DNA of 63,894 nt, the filler included, from Basidiobolus ranarum (lineage: Eukaryota), in NCBI GenBank assembly GCA_040143965.1. It is 27 parts of 27 records of this genome, joined end to end, with 100 filler letters (N's around TTAATTAATTAA, not from the genome) between each part and the next. Parts side by side here need not be neighbours in the genome. Positions count along the whole stretch, not along the records: positions 1 to 2,279 come from JASJQH010010412.1; positions 2,380 to 4,656 come from JASJQH010010413.1; positions 4,757 to 7,032 come from JASJQH010010414.1; positions 7,133 to 9,408 come from JASJQH010010415.1; positions 9,509 to 11,783 come from JASJQH010010416.1; 22 more parts are not named here. One strand, given 5' to 3'. The first letter of the stretch is position 1. Each line of letters begins with the position of its first letter. Shown here in pieces: positions 1 to 11,783 of this stretch. Under the pieces are notes generated by a model. It saw nothing but the letters and a program-made list of their open reading frames with translations, was not told the origin of the DNA and did no database searches. A program made the translations under genes and the position numbers.

Positions 1-109
1 TCCACCAAAATGTATAAATGCTTAATTTCTGGTCAATAAATAATTATCTCACAAAGCTATTCACAACTCCACTTTTCTAAAGTTCCTCCAAACAGCCCAT
101 ATTTTCCCA
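1..109 (+). mobile_element. 3' part of copia LTR family A
   Basis: Matches the LTR end at ~990-1098 and 50910-51020 (AAAGTTCCTCCAAACAGCCCATATTTTCCCAA). Confidence 0.85.
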
Positions 110-630
110 ATGACAAATGATCTGGGATTAAGATATCAATATTCTTATGAGAATAAGGATCTAATTGGGTTTGGTGATGCAGATTGGGGACATGATATTG
201 AGGACAGAAGATCTATCTCTAAATATATCTCTCTCAATAGTGAAGGAGCTATATCTTGGACTAGCAAGAAACAACCTACCATAGCACTTCCCACAACTGA
301 AGCAGAGTAGATGGCCACATCACATACAACAAAGAAGGTTATGTGGTTAAGCAAACTGTTCAAAGACTTGGGCATTTTTCAAAGTTCACCCATCATAATT
401 TTAAAGGATAATCACAGTTGTATTTCTTTAGCTAAAAATCCCATATTTCATGCTAGAAGTAAGCACATTGACATTCAACATCATTTTGTTAGGGAAGCTA
501 TTGAGAAAAAGCACATCCAATTACAGTACTGTCCAACTGGGTCATGATTGCAAACATCCTTACTAAACCATTACCCAAGCCAAAATTGGAAGAATTAAGA
601 TAAAATTTTGGATTAAGATATATGAATATT
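110..630 (+). pseudogene. Ty1/copia pol, RNase H region, degenerate
   Basis: Motifs GFGDADWG, ISWTSKKQPTIAL.TTEAE and NPIFHARSKHIDIQHHFVRE, with in-frame stops. Confidence 0.93.
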
Positions 631-644
631 TAGTTGAGTGGGAG

Positions 645-1098
645 TGTTGAAGTTTATTGTCTTCATCACATTTGTTATCTTTATTTTCATACAACTAACA
701 ATTTGTATATCACATATAAGTGTTGAAGTTAATTGTCTTTATCATATTTGTTATCTCTATCTTTATACACCTAACCATTTCATATATCAAACATAGGTTA
801 GTTAACATTACTGAGTCAAATATCACTTAACTGAAAGTTGGCACATATTTTATATATATATGTGAATAAAGTGAGAATTAGCAAATCCATATTGGAAATT
901 TCAAACTTGTCCAAATTTCCCCAAAAATAACTCATTTTACTCCCACAGATGTTCTGAACACAACCCCAGTGTTAGTTTTCTGTATATTCACCAAAATGTA
1001 TATATGCTTTATTTCTGGACAATAAATTATTATCTCACAAAACTATTCACAACTCTACTTTTCTAAAGTTCCTCTAAACAGCCCATGCTTTCCCAGTA
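645..1098 (+). mobile_element. Copia LTR family A with PPT upstream and PBS downstream; first 76 bp tandemly duplicated
   Basis: PPT AGTTGAGTGGGAG (632-644) is followed by TGTTGAAG, with a second TGTTGAAG at 721. The PBS GGTTATGAGCACC follows at 1099. Confidence 0.9.
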
Positions 1099-1130
1099 GG
1101 TTATGAGCACCTTGTTATAACCTTTAAAGC

Positions 1131-2070
1131 ATGACAGAAACCACTACTACCACTTTTATTAACTCAAGTGCTGAAAAGCTTGATGGTGAGAATTACAATA
1201 TCTGGAAGTTCAAGATGCAAATCATACTGGAAGACAGGGAGCTTTGGGATGTAGTCTCTGGAGCTGAAAAGAAACCTTCTCACCTTTCTTTATTGGAAGC
1301 TTACAAGAAAAGAGACAACAAGGCCTATGATGTCATCTGGCAAAGTTTGAAGGATTCCCAACTTTTGAATATTCAATATGCAAAGACTTCCCATCCAGCT
1401 TGGACTATATTGAAGGAGTGACATGAAGTAAAGAGTCTTGCTAATAGACTCTTTCTCTGATGAAAATTCTTCAATATAAAGATGGAACAGTCTGAAAGCA
1501 TGGTTCCTAATATTGCGAATGTGAGATCTTTGGTACAACATTTGGAAAATATTGGTGTAACTTTACAGGAAGAAGATGTCAATATGACTCTTCTAAGTAG
1601 TCTACCATAACAGTGTTCCAAATTGGTCATAGCTTTGGAAGCAAGATCTGACCAGTTGTCTTTGGAGTTTGTGGTGGCAAGGCTAATGGATCAACATCTC
1701 AGAACTAAGAACTTGGAAAAAGAATCTGAGGAAGTAGCTCTTTTGGGAGCTGGAAAATATAGCTTTGGCAAGTACAAAGGTTACACAAGAAGGAAAGCAG
1801 GTTCATGCTATGGTTGTAACAAGCCAGCACACCAGTTAAAAGATTGCAAATCAAGAAATTATGACAAAAATGAGAAGTCAGAGCAAGCAAAACAGGTTCA
1901 ACCAAAGAGGAAGTTTCATTCATTTTAGCCCTATCAGTGACCTCTGGACAAGATTGTAGGTCATGGTATATTCATTCTGGAGCCTCTCAACATTTCTCTA
2001 ATCAAAGAAACTGGTTTAAAACACTAAAAACTAAAAATAAAGAAAAAGGCGAATATGGGAGATGACTAAA
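1131..2070 (+). pseudogene. Ty1/copia gag-protease, degenerate
   Basis: KLDGENYNIWKFKM, zinc knuckle CYGCNKPAHQLKDC and protease-like WYIHSGASQH, with several stops. Confidence 0.92.
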
Positions 2071-2074
2071 CACT

Positions 2075-2279
2075 CCCTAACAAAAATAAAATCAATTTGA
2101 TCTGGACCAGATTCACCCTCCAAAAGATCAAAACAAATCAGAGAACTTTCACATTATTGGTGGCTTGCATTCTGCCAGGGATTTTGATGGTGTGATGGCA
2201 GTTTCTTGACAGTATTCTGACAGTATTTATACATGTTAATATATTGATCCTCAAATTTGGCTTGCTTTATTCTATATCC
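2075..2279 (+). mobile_element. DNA transposon terminus (CCCTAACAAAAATAAAATC...) interrupting the copia element
   Basis: The same terminal sequence starts abruptly at 5023, at 58447, and on the minus strand ending at 20382. Confidence 0.7.
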
Positions 2280-2379
2280 NNNNNNNNNNNNNNNNNNNNN
2301 NNNNNNNNNNNNNNNNNNNNNNNTTAATTAATTAANNNNNNNNNNNNNNNNNNNNNNNNNNNNNNNNNNNNNNNNNNNN
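2280..2379. other. Artificial contig-joining spacer (first of 26)
   Basis: N-run/TTAATTAATTAA/N-run of 100 nt, with stops in all six frames. It recurs every ~2.37 kb and the contig lengths between spacers never increase. Confidence 0.99.
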
Positions 2380-2894
2380 CGATGTTAAAGAGGGTTGGCT
2401 AAGTTGATTTTTTTCACTAGCATGTGAAAATTCATATGCCCAAGTTTACTCTGACTACCGATTCACTTTTACTACTGGAAATAGGAGCTGAAATAGGAGC
2501 TGCGGATTCTTTTTTTGCAGATTCATCTTTTGCGGATTCCTTTTTCGCCATAGTCTTGCTGACTGCTTACATGAAGAAAACTGGTAGCAAATACAATACG
2601 TGGATATTAAATAACTGAAGGAAATTTTTACGCACGAGTTTTGAGTTTGTAGCCGCTTAGGATATGGGCTTACTTCATAATACATTTGAACCTAATTTTA
2701 TTTTTCAAATATGACAAGCACTATCTATCATTGAATGCCAAATTTAAGCAAATAGTCTAAAGCTCCACTATTAAATGTATGTTAGAAGCTAGAATCATTG
2801 TTTCGGAATGCGCAAGTCTAGAATAGGAGTAAGCAACAATAACCATCCCATATTATGGAGCAGTATTAACGTGTAATTTTGACTATTGGGACAA

Positions 2895-3540
2895 TTAAGG
2901 ATAGGGTAGGGGGATGAAAAGCACCAGGTAGTGTGGACTTTATTTAGCTTATATACTAATCTAAATAAAGTGACAGTTAAGACATCAATCTTTTCAAATA
3001 TTGCAACAATACTGAATCATATCCATACTTAACTTGATGACCAATATAATCCAGTGCCGAGGATGTAAATATAGTGTTAAAGGGCACTGGTGGTAAGCAG
3101 AAAGTAAGATACTCAGTACAAACCAAGTGGACAATAAGACAAAACCTGGAATAATGGGGATCAAAAAAGGTGTCTTGGAGGCAAGATATTACTTCCATAG
3201 GTCTAGCAAGAAGTCTATAGCAACAGTTTTGAGCTGTTTTGCTTCATGTGGTTGTAAAGCTAACTCAGATATAAAAGGGTCATCTTGTATTAGTTTCCAG
3301 CTGGATAGTGGATTTGAAGATGGTGTGGCTACCCACTTCTTGACCAGTGGATTTCTGCTGTCATTTAGTTGGAGTAAAAATGTAGCTTTCAGTAGCACTA
3401 CTCTGATATGATATGGGAAGTTTCCAAATGTTCCATTTGAAGGTTGATCACAGGGAGTCTCAGGTAAGTCAGGCATCAGAAGCCTGATGCATTAGGTGAT
3501 GAATCTATCAAGCTTGGAATAGTCCCTCTGGTTAAGTGGA
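2895..3540 (-). mobile_element. Non-LTR retrotransposon (LINE) 3' fragment with degenerate telomeric-repeat tail
   Basis: Translation is homologous to 35612-36013. It ends in ...GGTGCTTTTCATCCCCC followed by degenerate CCCTAA units. Confidence 0.7.
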
Positions 3541-3625
3541 GGCTGATATACTCCATTTTCCAGAAATGGTATCAGAAACTGCTTTAGAAGTCTTTGGCAG
3601 CCATGATAAGATGCATTGGGAGGTG

Positions 3626-3805
3626 TTAGGGTATAGATGTTCTGGTAAGGGCAAGGATGACAAGAGGGGGTCTCGGGGACACAGTCCTCCCAGTATAAAA
3701 AGAAAGCAGTGGGTTTGGGGGATGCAATCCCCCATGTACACCCATCTCAAAATATTTACAAATTACCAGTATATGGGAGAATTGGGCTTGCCCAAATTTT
3801 CTAAA
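3626..3805 (+). repeat. Dispersed repeat with GC-rich hairpins; second copy inverted at ~60886-61066
   Basis: Reverse-complement similarity between the two sites; contains the stem-loop GGGGGATGCAATCCCCC. Confidence 0.7.
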
Positions 3806-4481
3806 TGCCAGATTACTGACCTTTGGCTGAAATCTTGAAGAGGAAGTATTCCCAAAACTTCTATCAGGTCTTTACACAATTTTATAGATTGTCAAAATTT
3901 TGTGAGATTTCTCAATTTAATGTATACCAACAATTAATTTTCTTGGAATGTTCATGGGTTTCACTTCCAACAATTTCTTAAGTAGGCCTATACACTTCAA
4001 ATTAAAATTCTAATTTCCAAGCCTTTATTTATTGATAGTTAATGTACACCTATGTGATAACTTAAAATTCTCATGATTAACAATATCCAAATATTAGGCT
4101 TCTTTCTTTTCTAGAAAATTGTGTTTGATGCAAAAGATTGAAAAAGATTGAAATATAAATTAAAGAAAGTAAACAAAAAATCTGTAAGTCCACAAACAAG
4201 AAAGATTGCAGAGACCTCTATATGTAGGAAAGAAGCAAAGAATTAGACAAATGTGAAAAAGCATAACAACTTCATATTCAGGCACAATCTGTTTGTAAAT
4301 AAAAATCCTGCTGCTTTTGTTTGAAATTAGAATTTTATAATATTTATATATTGGTTGTATTTTTGATATTTACTTGTATATACGCAAGCAGCAAAATAGT
4401 CTGCAAAATCAAACTTTGGGTTATATATGCACATACTACAAAGGTTGCTATCAAATATTTTTTAATTTTTTATTACATATT

Positions 4482-4656
4482 GGGTTAGGGTTAGGGGGGA
4501 TGAAAAGCACCAGATGGTGTGGACTTTATTTAGCTTAAATACTAGTCTAAACAAAGTGACAATCAAGACATCAATCTTTTAAGATATTGTGACAATACTG
4601 GATCATATCCATACTTAACCTGATGACCAATGTAATCAAGCTCAGAGGATGTAAAT
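4482..4656 (-). mobile_element. LINE 3' end with (CCCTAA)n tail
   Basis: Plus strand reads GGGTTAGGGTTAGGGGGGATGAAAAGCACCAG and is collinear with 2905-3070. Confidence 0.75.
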
Positions 4657-5118
4657 NNNNNNNNNNNNNNNNNNNNNNNNNNNNNNNNNNNNNNNNNNNN
4701 TTAATTAATTAANNNNNNNNNNNNNNNNNNNNNNNNNNNNNNNNNNNNNNNNNNNNTAACCACTGAGCTACCAGTCCTAGTATGCTATGCCTATATTGCT
4801 AGGGAACCTTAACCTAGTCTGTCAATGTATGGTACTTTGGCATTTCAGCTATACAAGCAACTGATTGGCCTTAGACTTTATGTTCAGATGCAGTCACCAT
4901 ACTCCATATTTTCCTCTTTGGGAATCACTGCTTGTACCACAAGTCACCAGACTTTCAACATTATCTTGTCTATCATATAGAGTAGATACATCAGAAACCA
5001 GATTGATAGATAGGACTAACAGCTCTAACAAAAATGAAATCAATTTAATCCAGATCAGATCCACCCTGGTAAAGCATAAAACCATCAGAGGACCATCACA
5101 GTATCAATGGCTTGTATT

Positions 5119-6895
5119 TATTGAAATTAGCATTGCCTAAACACCTATATAGTCATATATAGCTTTGTACTTAGTTATCTTTTGGTTCACTAAGATATTA
5201 TCCATTATTATCAATTAGAATTTGCTTAGAATATTTTTATCAACTTGGTAATTCTCAGATATATAGATTCCTCAAACGTATGCTAGAAGCCCCAAACTTG
5301 GCACACATATTCCTGGGACCTTTCTTAGCACATTCTATATGTTGGCTTATTTACATTTTGACAAAACTATTACTGTCAACTCTTTAATCAATAAATCAAC
5401 AAGTTAAAACCACCTATTTCTCTAATTCTTCAAACCACTTCCAACAGGCTCCCAAATACTTTAACAGGTTATGAGCCCCAAGCTTGCACTCTCTGTAATA
5501 TCTACTTCCCCAATTGTGGAACTTTTCCCTCTTCTGAGATATTGGACAGAACCAATTATCAAATTTGGAAAATTAAAGTGAAAATGCCGTTGCAAGAAAA
5601 AGGGCTTTTGGACACTATTGTAGGAGAAGAAAACAATGCAAAGCTATCTGAAACCAAAGTTTTACTCCACGGCAAAAAAAAACAAAGTCCTTTAACACAA
5701 TTTGTCTTAATGTTAAAGACAAATTGCTAATTCAATGTTCAAGAGCCAAAACTGCTAAGAAGGTATGGAAAGTCTTGGAAGACACCTCCCAAACAAGTTC
5801 TGCTGCCCACAAGATGCTTCTAAGAAGACAATTCTTTAACATAAAGATGTAGCCAGGAGAAGACATCAAATCACTAATTCATAGAGTCATGATTTTAGTG
5901 GATGAAATGGAATGCATTGGAGTACTTACTACTAAAAAAGATATCATAGTTACAGTCTTGAATAGCCTACAACACAAGTTTCAGAGCCTAGTAAAGGCTC
6001 AAGGATAAAGAACTGAAAGTTTGACCTTAAACTATGTATTTGGGAGACTTCTTGATGAAGATTTATACAAATTGGGATCCAATCAAAAGAATCAAGAAAA
6101 TGCTTTAACAGGTTATGGAAACTTTCCTATAGAGGTCAACAGCACTTTGAGAAGCAAAGTAACACATTCTATGATTACTGTAAGAGAACTGGCCTTTTAA
6201 GCAAAGATTGCTTTAAAAGAATTGCAAAAGAAGAAAAACATACTGAAGCTGGAAATGTGGTTACAATAAAAGAACACTTGTTCATATCTGCTCTATCTAT
6301 GACTACCAACAAGGACTTCCAGAAGTGATATATTGATTCTGGAGCATCCCAACACTTCACAAATGAAAAACATTAGTTCGAGGATTATAAAAAATCCCAA
6401 TTAGAATGGTTTTCATGGGAGATGACCATACATTGGATGCTATTGGAATAGGAACAATTCAAGTCAATTTAACTGGAGCTTCTGAAGAAAAAGTGTATAC
6501 TTTTAAGGATGTAATATATGTGCCAGATATTGCCAAGAATTTAATATCTGTATGAAAGGCCACCTCAGAAGGGCTAAAATTCAATTTTGAAAAGTCACAA
6601 TGCACCATCACTGAACAGAATGGGAATTATTTAGCTCTGGGAGAAAAGGTTCAGAACTTATACAAACTGACATATAATATAAAGAAGTTGACATGTAAAT
6701 ATATGTTATTCTAATCAAGAAACTACTCAATTGTGGCATAAGAGATTTGGCCATATTGAATTTGATCATTTGGGCAAAAAGATCAAAAATTGCCTAATTT
6801 CTGGAATTCAAATTAACCTCTCAACCAAAATGGAAGTTCGTCAGGGTTGTATATATGGAAAACAAGCCCGGAAACTGTTCAAGGGCTCTGGTTTA
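5119..6895 (+). mobile_element. Ty1/copia family B: 5' LTR (5119-5466), PBS, degenerate gag-protease-preintegrase
   Basis: LTR ends TTTAACA and is followed by GGTTATGAGCCCC. Remnants of LDRTNYQIWKIK, C..C...G....DC, IDSGASQHF and LWHKRFGH are present. Confidence 0.92.
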
Positions 6896-7032
6896 TGTTG
6901 AAGTTAATTGTCTTTATCATGCATGTTATCCCTATCTTTATACACCTAACTATTTCATATATCACATATTAGTTAGTCAACATTATTTAGTCAAATATCA
7001 CTTAGCTGCAAATCGGAACATATATTTTATAT
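6896..7032 (+). mobile_element. Copia LTR family A (5' part) nested in the family B element
   Basis: TGTTGAAGTTAATTGTCTTTATC matches 721 onward. Confidence 0.85.
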
Positions 7033-8361
7033 NNNNNNNNNNNNNNNNNNNNNNNNNNNNNNNNNNNNNNNNNNNNTTAATTAATTAANNNNNNNNNNNN
7101 NNNNNNNNNNNNNNNNNNNNNNNNNNNNNNNNCCTCCATTGGTGACCTTCTGGGAACTTCATTATTAGTAGGTGGACTTATTATTGCGCAAAAAACCACT
7201 ATGTGATGCTCCGTAAATTATTTGAGAGGATTACTATATGGTAAATGATTCCTGGTCTTTAAATAATCTGTAAGGTTGATTTTGTAAAGCTCTCGGCCAC
7301 ATGGATAGAGATAAATATTCCACTATTTTTGAACCCCATATAGTTCAACTGAAGAGTTATAAAAGCTAGTCAACTGTATAAAATTCGGCTCTTTTCGTTT
7401 CAGTCCGTTTATAATAAACCATTCCTTTGTAGGGTGACTTGATTATTTGCAAGAATGGCGACGTTTAGTTATTAAATTTACAGGCAGTTCTTGTGCTAGA
7501 AAACATAGCCTCACCAACTACTACCGTGGTGGTGACCTGGCAATAGTATGCTATATTTTCCATTTATTTATTGTCGTATCCTTATGAGAATCCTCCATTC
7601 AAGGTGGCAAACTTTCTTGATTGGGTAGAAAATGGCCCTGGAAAGAGATGTATACAGACATAACAATATGAGTTATAGAAGAGACCAAATGTTATACTAA
7701 ATGAGACAGAATGGTTAGCATTTATGTAAAGAAATTTGAGTAAAGATTTGTTTGTAGAGGGTATTTTCGAAATTCCGCAGTTGAAATCGGTTTGGCATTG
7801 TCAAGCATCCTACACATGTTGGTAGGCTTTGCTCAATGCATATTCTTATGCTTGTCAATAACAAATATGAAGCGGATGAATCATCAGTTCAACGATACCC
7901 AGGAAAGGTGGATTGTAATTGTTCCAAATAAAGACTTGGAAAATGTCAAAAGTAGTGGTTGAACATCATGTCTGCTAAATCGGTAGAAGAATTTTCAAAT
8001 TCTCATCAGAAATGTTCATATTATGTACCCGTCAGCTGCTATCTTCGAGGAACAGATGCTTATTTCTTTCACGTATTCACCCTGCTGCTTGACGAGGACA
8101 ATTTGAGAGCCTCCTGGTTTTCATTATATCCAACTAACACTCCTCATTCTCAAAGCTATTTATTCGTACCAATGCTATTATATTATCATGAAGGCCAAAC
8201 ATGTGATGGGTGAAGGAACTTGACTCTGATGCTTTCAAATCAGGAAGATATTGATATAACAGTCATAAGAAAAAATGAAATATTTTACATATATATATCC
8301 CGCATTACCCACCCAGCTGGACATATCGAGTTTTGGCTGCAGGCGTATTGTACACAAATGT

Positions 8362-9408
8362 CTAAGGAATCTCCATTTCTTTCCCTTCTTTGTTCTTATA
8401 CTTCTTTGGGTCATACTCATTGACTTCGAACGGAAGAGCTTCGAAAGAAATGTTATGCTTCTCTAGATATTCGTCGAAAACACTTTCTGCAAATTTGAGT
8501 AACTCATCGAAATTGGGATCCTGCAATAGAGGCCATTGCAGGGTTTTTTCAGGTCCATGGCATTTACGGTACGTTACGGAGAAGCGTGCCTCCAATCGCT
8601 CCAGAGTAAAGATCTGTTCTCCCTCGGTCCATTTTCGGTGAACTCTATCCATGGTGTCTTTCTGCCGGCCACATTGATTCGCTACATCATTAAACACTTT
8701 CTGCCGTATCTGCTCTTCTTTATTTGTGGAAAGTTTGCGTAAATTTTTGGACATCAGGATGTCATTGCAGTATGCTTGCCGTAATCGGACTATCCTTAGA
8801 TTAATCAAAGCGTCTATCTTGGCACTAGAGATTCAGCACCTGGTTAGTTGACTGTAGACTGCAAAAATAAGACAAAACAGTTACCATAAAGCATTTAGGT
8901 CTGTGTAGTTTTCAAGGCGCAGCTTCCGACGGGTATATGCCATGAATTCCTCAAGACTTTCCCAATGGCTAATGCACTCTTTGTATGAACCATGTCGTGA
9001 AACCTACATATATCCTATTGAGTAATCAAACTTGGTGTAAGCATCGCTTTAGTGCTTGGGCTTACTTGGAAACAGGCGATGCTTCGAATAAAAGCATATA
9101 AAGATGCTAAAAATTGGGGAGTAGATTCTTTCACTCGTTTGGCGTTGCCTGATTCTGCGTTCTCGACGGCTTTCCGTTTGTAATCTCTGGCAAGATTGTT
9201 GTATCTGTTAAGAGTTTTAAGTCAATGAGGATTTCTTGGTTTCTTTCAGCGGTTCGTATGCTTACCTAACGTATTCAATGCGATGATGCTCAATCTCAGC
9301 AGTAGTGGGTTTGTATACGGACGATCCTAACTCACGCATAGGTGTATAAACATTGTCTCTTGATGGGGTCTTCTGCAATGGAGTGGGGGTATTGACTGAA
9401 GATGAGGC
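8362..9408 (-). CDS. Hypothetical multi-exon protein, 3' part
   Basis: About 148-codon terminal ORF plus upstream open stretches separated by GTAAGC...AG introns (e.g. ~9206-9265). CpG is retained, unlike in the TEs. No family recognised. Confidence 0.5.
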
Positions 9409-10448
9409 NNNNNNNNNNNNNNNNNNNNNNNNNNNNNNNNNNNNNNNNNNNNTTAATTAATTAANNNNNNNNNNNNNNNNNNNNNNNNNNNNNNNNNNNN
9501 NNNNNNNNTTTGAGCTCCTTTTCCTGTTTATGATTATGTATCCCTGTCTCGTCTGGATCGGTCAGGTTTGTGTGCTAGAAGGTATAGCTTACCCTGACAG
9601 CTATCATCCACATATATGCCTAGTATTGTATTGCCTTGGACATGGTTTAACTATTAAAAGAACACGATTTGGCCAAATCAGGAGCTCATGTTGCCTCTCA
9701 CAGAATTGAAGCTTTTCTTTGCTTTTCAAGTCGTGCAGAGCGAGGATCTTATCTAGCATTTCTTCCTGTGTTTACCATTCAATCAAAAGGTTTCATTTGT
9801 GCACCAAAATGTTGTCCAATAAGCCTCCTATTAGTGAGTTATACAACATCTTTTGGTTTGGATAGTTGGAGAGTTATGCGAAGATAGAAGTGTTAGCATC
9901 AGTGGATTCAGGCATCTCCAAATTTGCCTTGCAGGCTGCACCTACTTCCTAGGTGATACCTCCCCTCTGAATATGCATGAGTACCCCAAATCTATTTAGT
10001 TTTATTTTTCCGGATACGCGCACCACTGAAGTAGCATCTCTTTTGCAGATTATGATGAGAAGAAGTTAAACTTCATTGCTGTCCAGTTCACTTCACTCGC
10101 ACGTGCCATAGATGAATCAAGAAATAATCTCTGTTCCCCTCATTTTGAGATCATAACCTTGACCGATTTATTTAGACTGAAGTTATATGAATCCTGTTTT
10201 CATTATCTAGGCTCATCTAGCATATCCTTGTTATCCCTTGTTGTACGGCCTAGTTTGTTCATTATTGATGTTCTTTGTTCCTCTATCGTGACAATCAAAG
10301 ACAGCTTATTGCAACATCCTCAAACCGAATAGACTGTTGCTACTGTACCTTCAAGTGTGTCTATTTTGAACTATATACCTCCTTAAGCTCTTTACCCAAA
10401 CCACATAACTTATATTCTCTCTTCATAAGGTGTTTTTTACTTCAAAGT

Positions 10449-11783
10449 ATGGACCACAAACGACCCTCTCGTTTAAAGCCCTATCACTCCTTATCAGACT
10501 TTCGAACTCAGAACGAATTGATTTCTTCTACGCTAACTATAGATTCTGGCCTATTAAAATCATCTATACCCTCTTCGTCTTCCATCTCTACTCCAAGTCC
10601 TTCATACACCTCCGTTTTGCCCTCTAAATTTAAGACATTTTTACGGCTTGGCTCTAAAAAACGGTTTTCAACTGATAAGGGAAATTCTTCCTCCGAGTCT
10701 GCACTTTCATCGCCTTCAAGTACCTCTGCAAAATCTAGTTTGGGAAATGCTTTACCACCAGCTTCCTTGTCCATTGTTGACGAAGGAAGTGGTAAGGAAG
10801 AGAAGCTTCTACGTCGCTGTCGTTCTGAGGCTGTTGAACTTATTAACATAGTCAAACCGGCTCCTAGAGAAATACGCTCAAAATCAAATATCATCTCCCC
10901 GAAAGCCAACATTGTCAGGAGGACCTATTCCTCTAGCTCGATTAAAGTCAAATCAGTAGTAGTTGGACCTAGCAGTTTTGTTAAGTTGAAACTGCTTGGT
11001 AAAGGGGATGTTGGTAAAGTCTATTTAGTAAAACGAAAAAACTCCGACAAACTATTTGCTATGAAAGGTAAGGGTATACTGTTAGTTTGTCTTTAAATAT
11101 TCTCCGTATTCATTATTCGATAAGTGCTGTCAAAAAAAGAGATGATTAAACGCAAAAAGGTGAAAAGAGCTTTAGCGGAACAAGTATGCCAAACAGTCTT
11201 ATAACTATTACATATATTTTGCCCTATTTATATTTACCTGAGGAATTTTTGATTTAATAGGAAATTTTGGCTTCCGCTAATCACCCTTTCATTATGAACC
11301 TGTATCATTCATTCCAAAGCGAAGAATATCTATATCTCTGTATGGAGTATTGTGTTGGCGGGGAATTTTTTAGAGGTGAATTAGGAGCCTGATTTGGGGT
11401 AGAAGAAAATCTTATAGCCTATGGTTTGATATTGACGCTTTTAACTATCATAGCCCTGCAATCAAGGCCCGGGAAATGTTTATCAGAGGAAGACGCCAAG
11501 TTCTATGCTGCTGAAGTAATATGTGGTAAGTGAAGGACATTAAGATTTGTCGTCCACGATATTAATGTAAAACCTGAACTCTTTCAGCTCTTGAATATCT
11601 CCATTTAATGGGCTTTATATACCGAGACTTAAAACCTGAAAGTAAGATTAGTACATGTGCTCTAGATTATTCAGGCTTAACGTTGAACCGTCTCCTTAGA
11701 TATTCTTTTACACGCTAGCGGCCATATCATGCTCACAGGTATTATCTGAATACACAAGTATACTGAATTTGAGTCTTACGCTG
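10449..11783 (+). CDS. nrc-2: AGC Ser/Thr kinase, nrc-2/Fpk1/Kin82 (flippase kinase) type, 3' truncated
   Basis: Spliced reading gives [89 protein letters not shown] and YRDLKPE. Short GT-AG introns, the first at 11068-11124. Confidence 0.93.

Noticed and set aside
2380-2551. Possible gene start MAKKESAKDESAKKESAAPISAPIS on the minus strand
   Set aside because: Short, low-complexity and cut by the contig edge, with no recognisable family.
4482-4496. True chromosome telomere
   Set aside because: Only 2-3 units, internal to the contig and attached to a LINE end.
4757-4777. tRNA 5' end on the minus strand (GGACTGGTAGCTCAGTGGTTA)
   Set aside because: Only 21 nt at a contig edge, so a tRNA cannot be told from a SINE head or chance.
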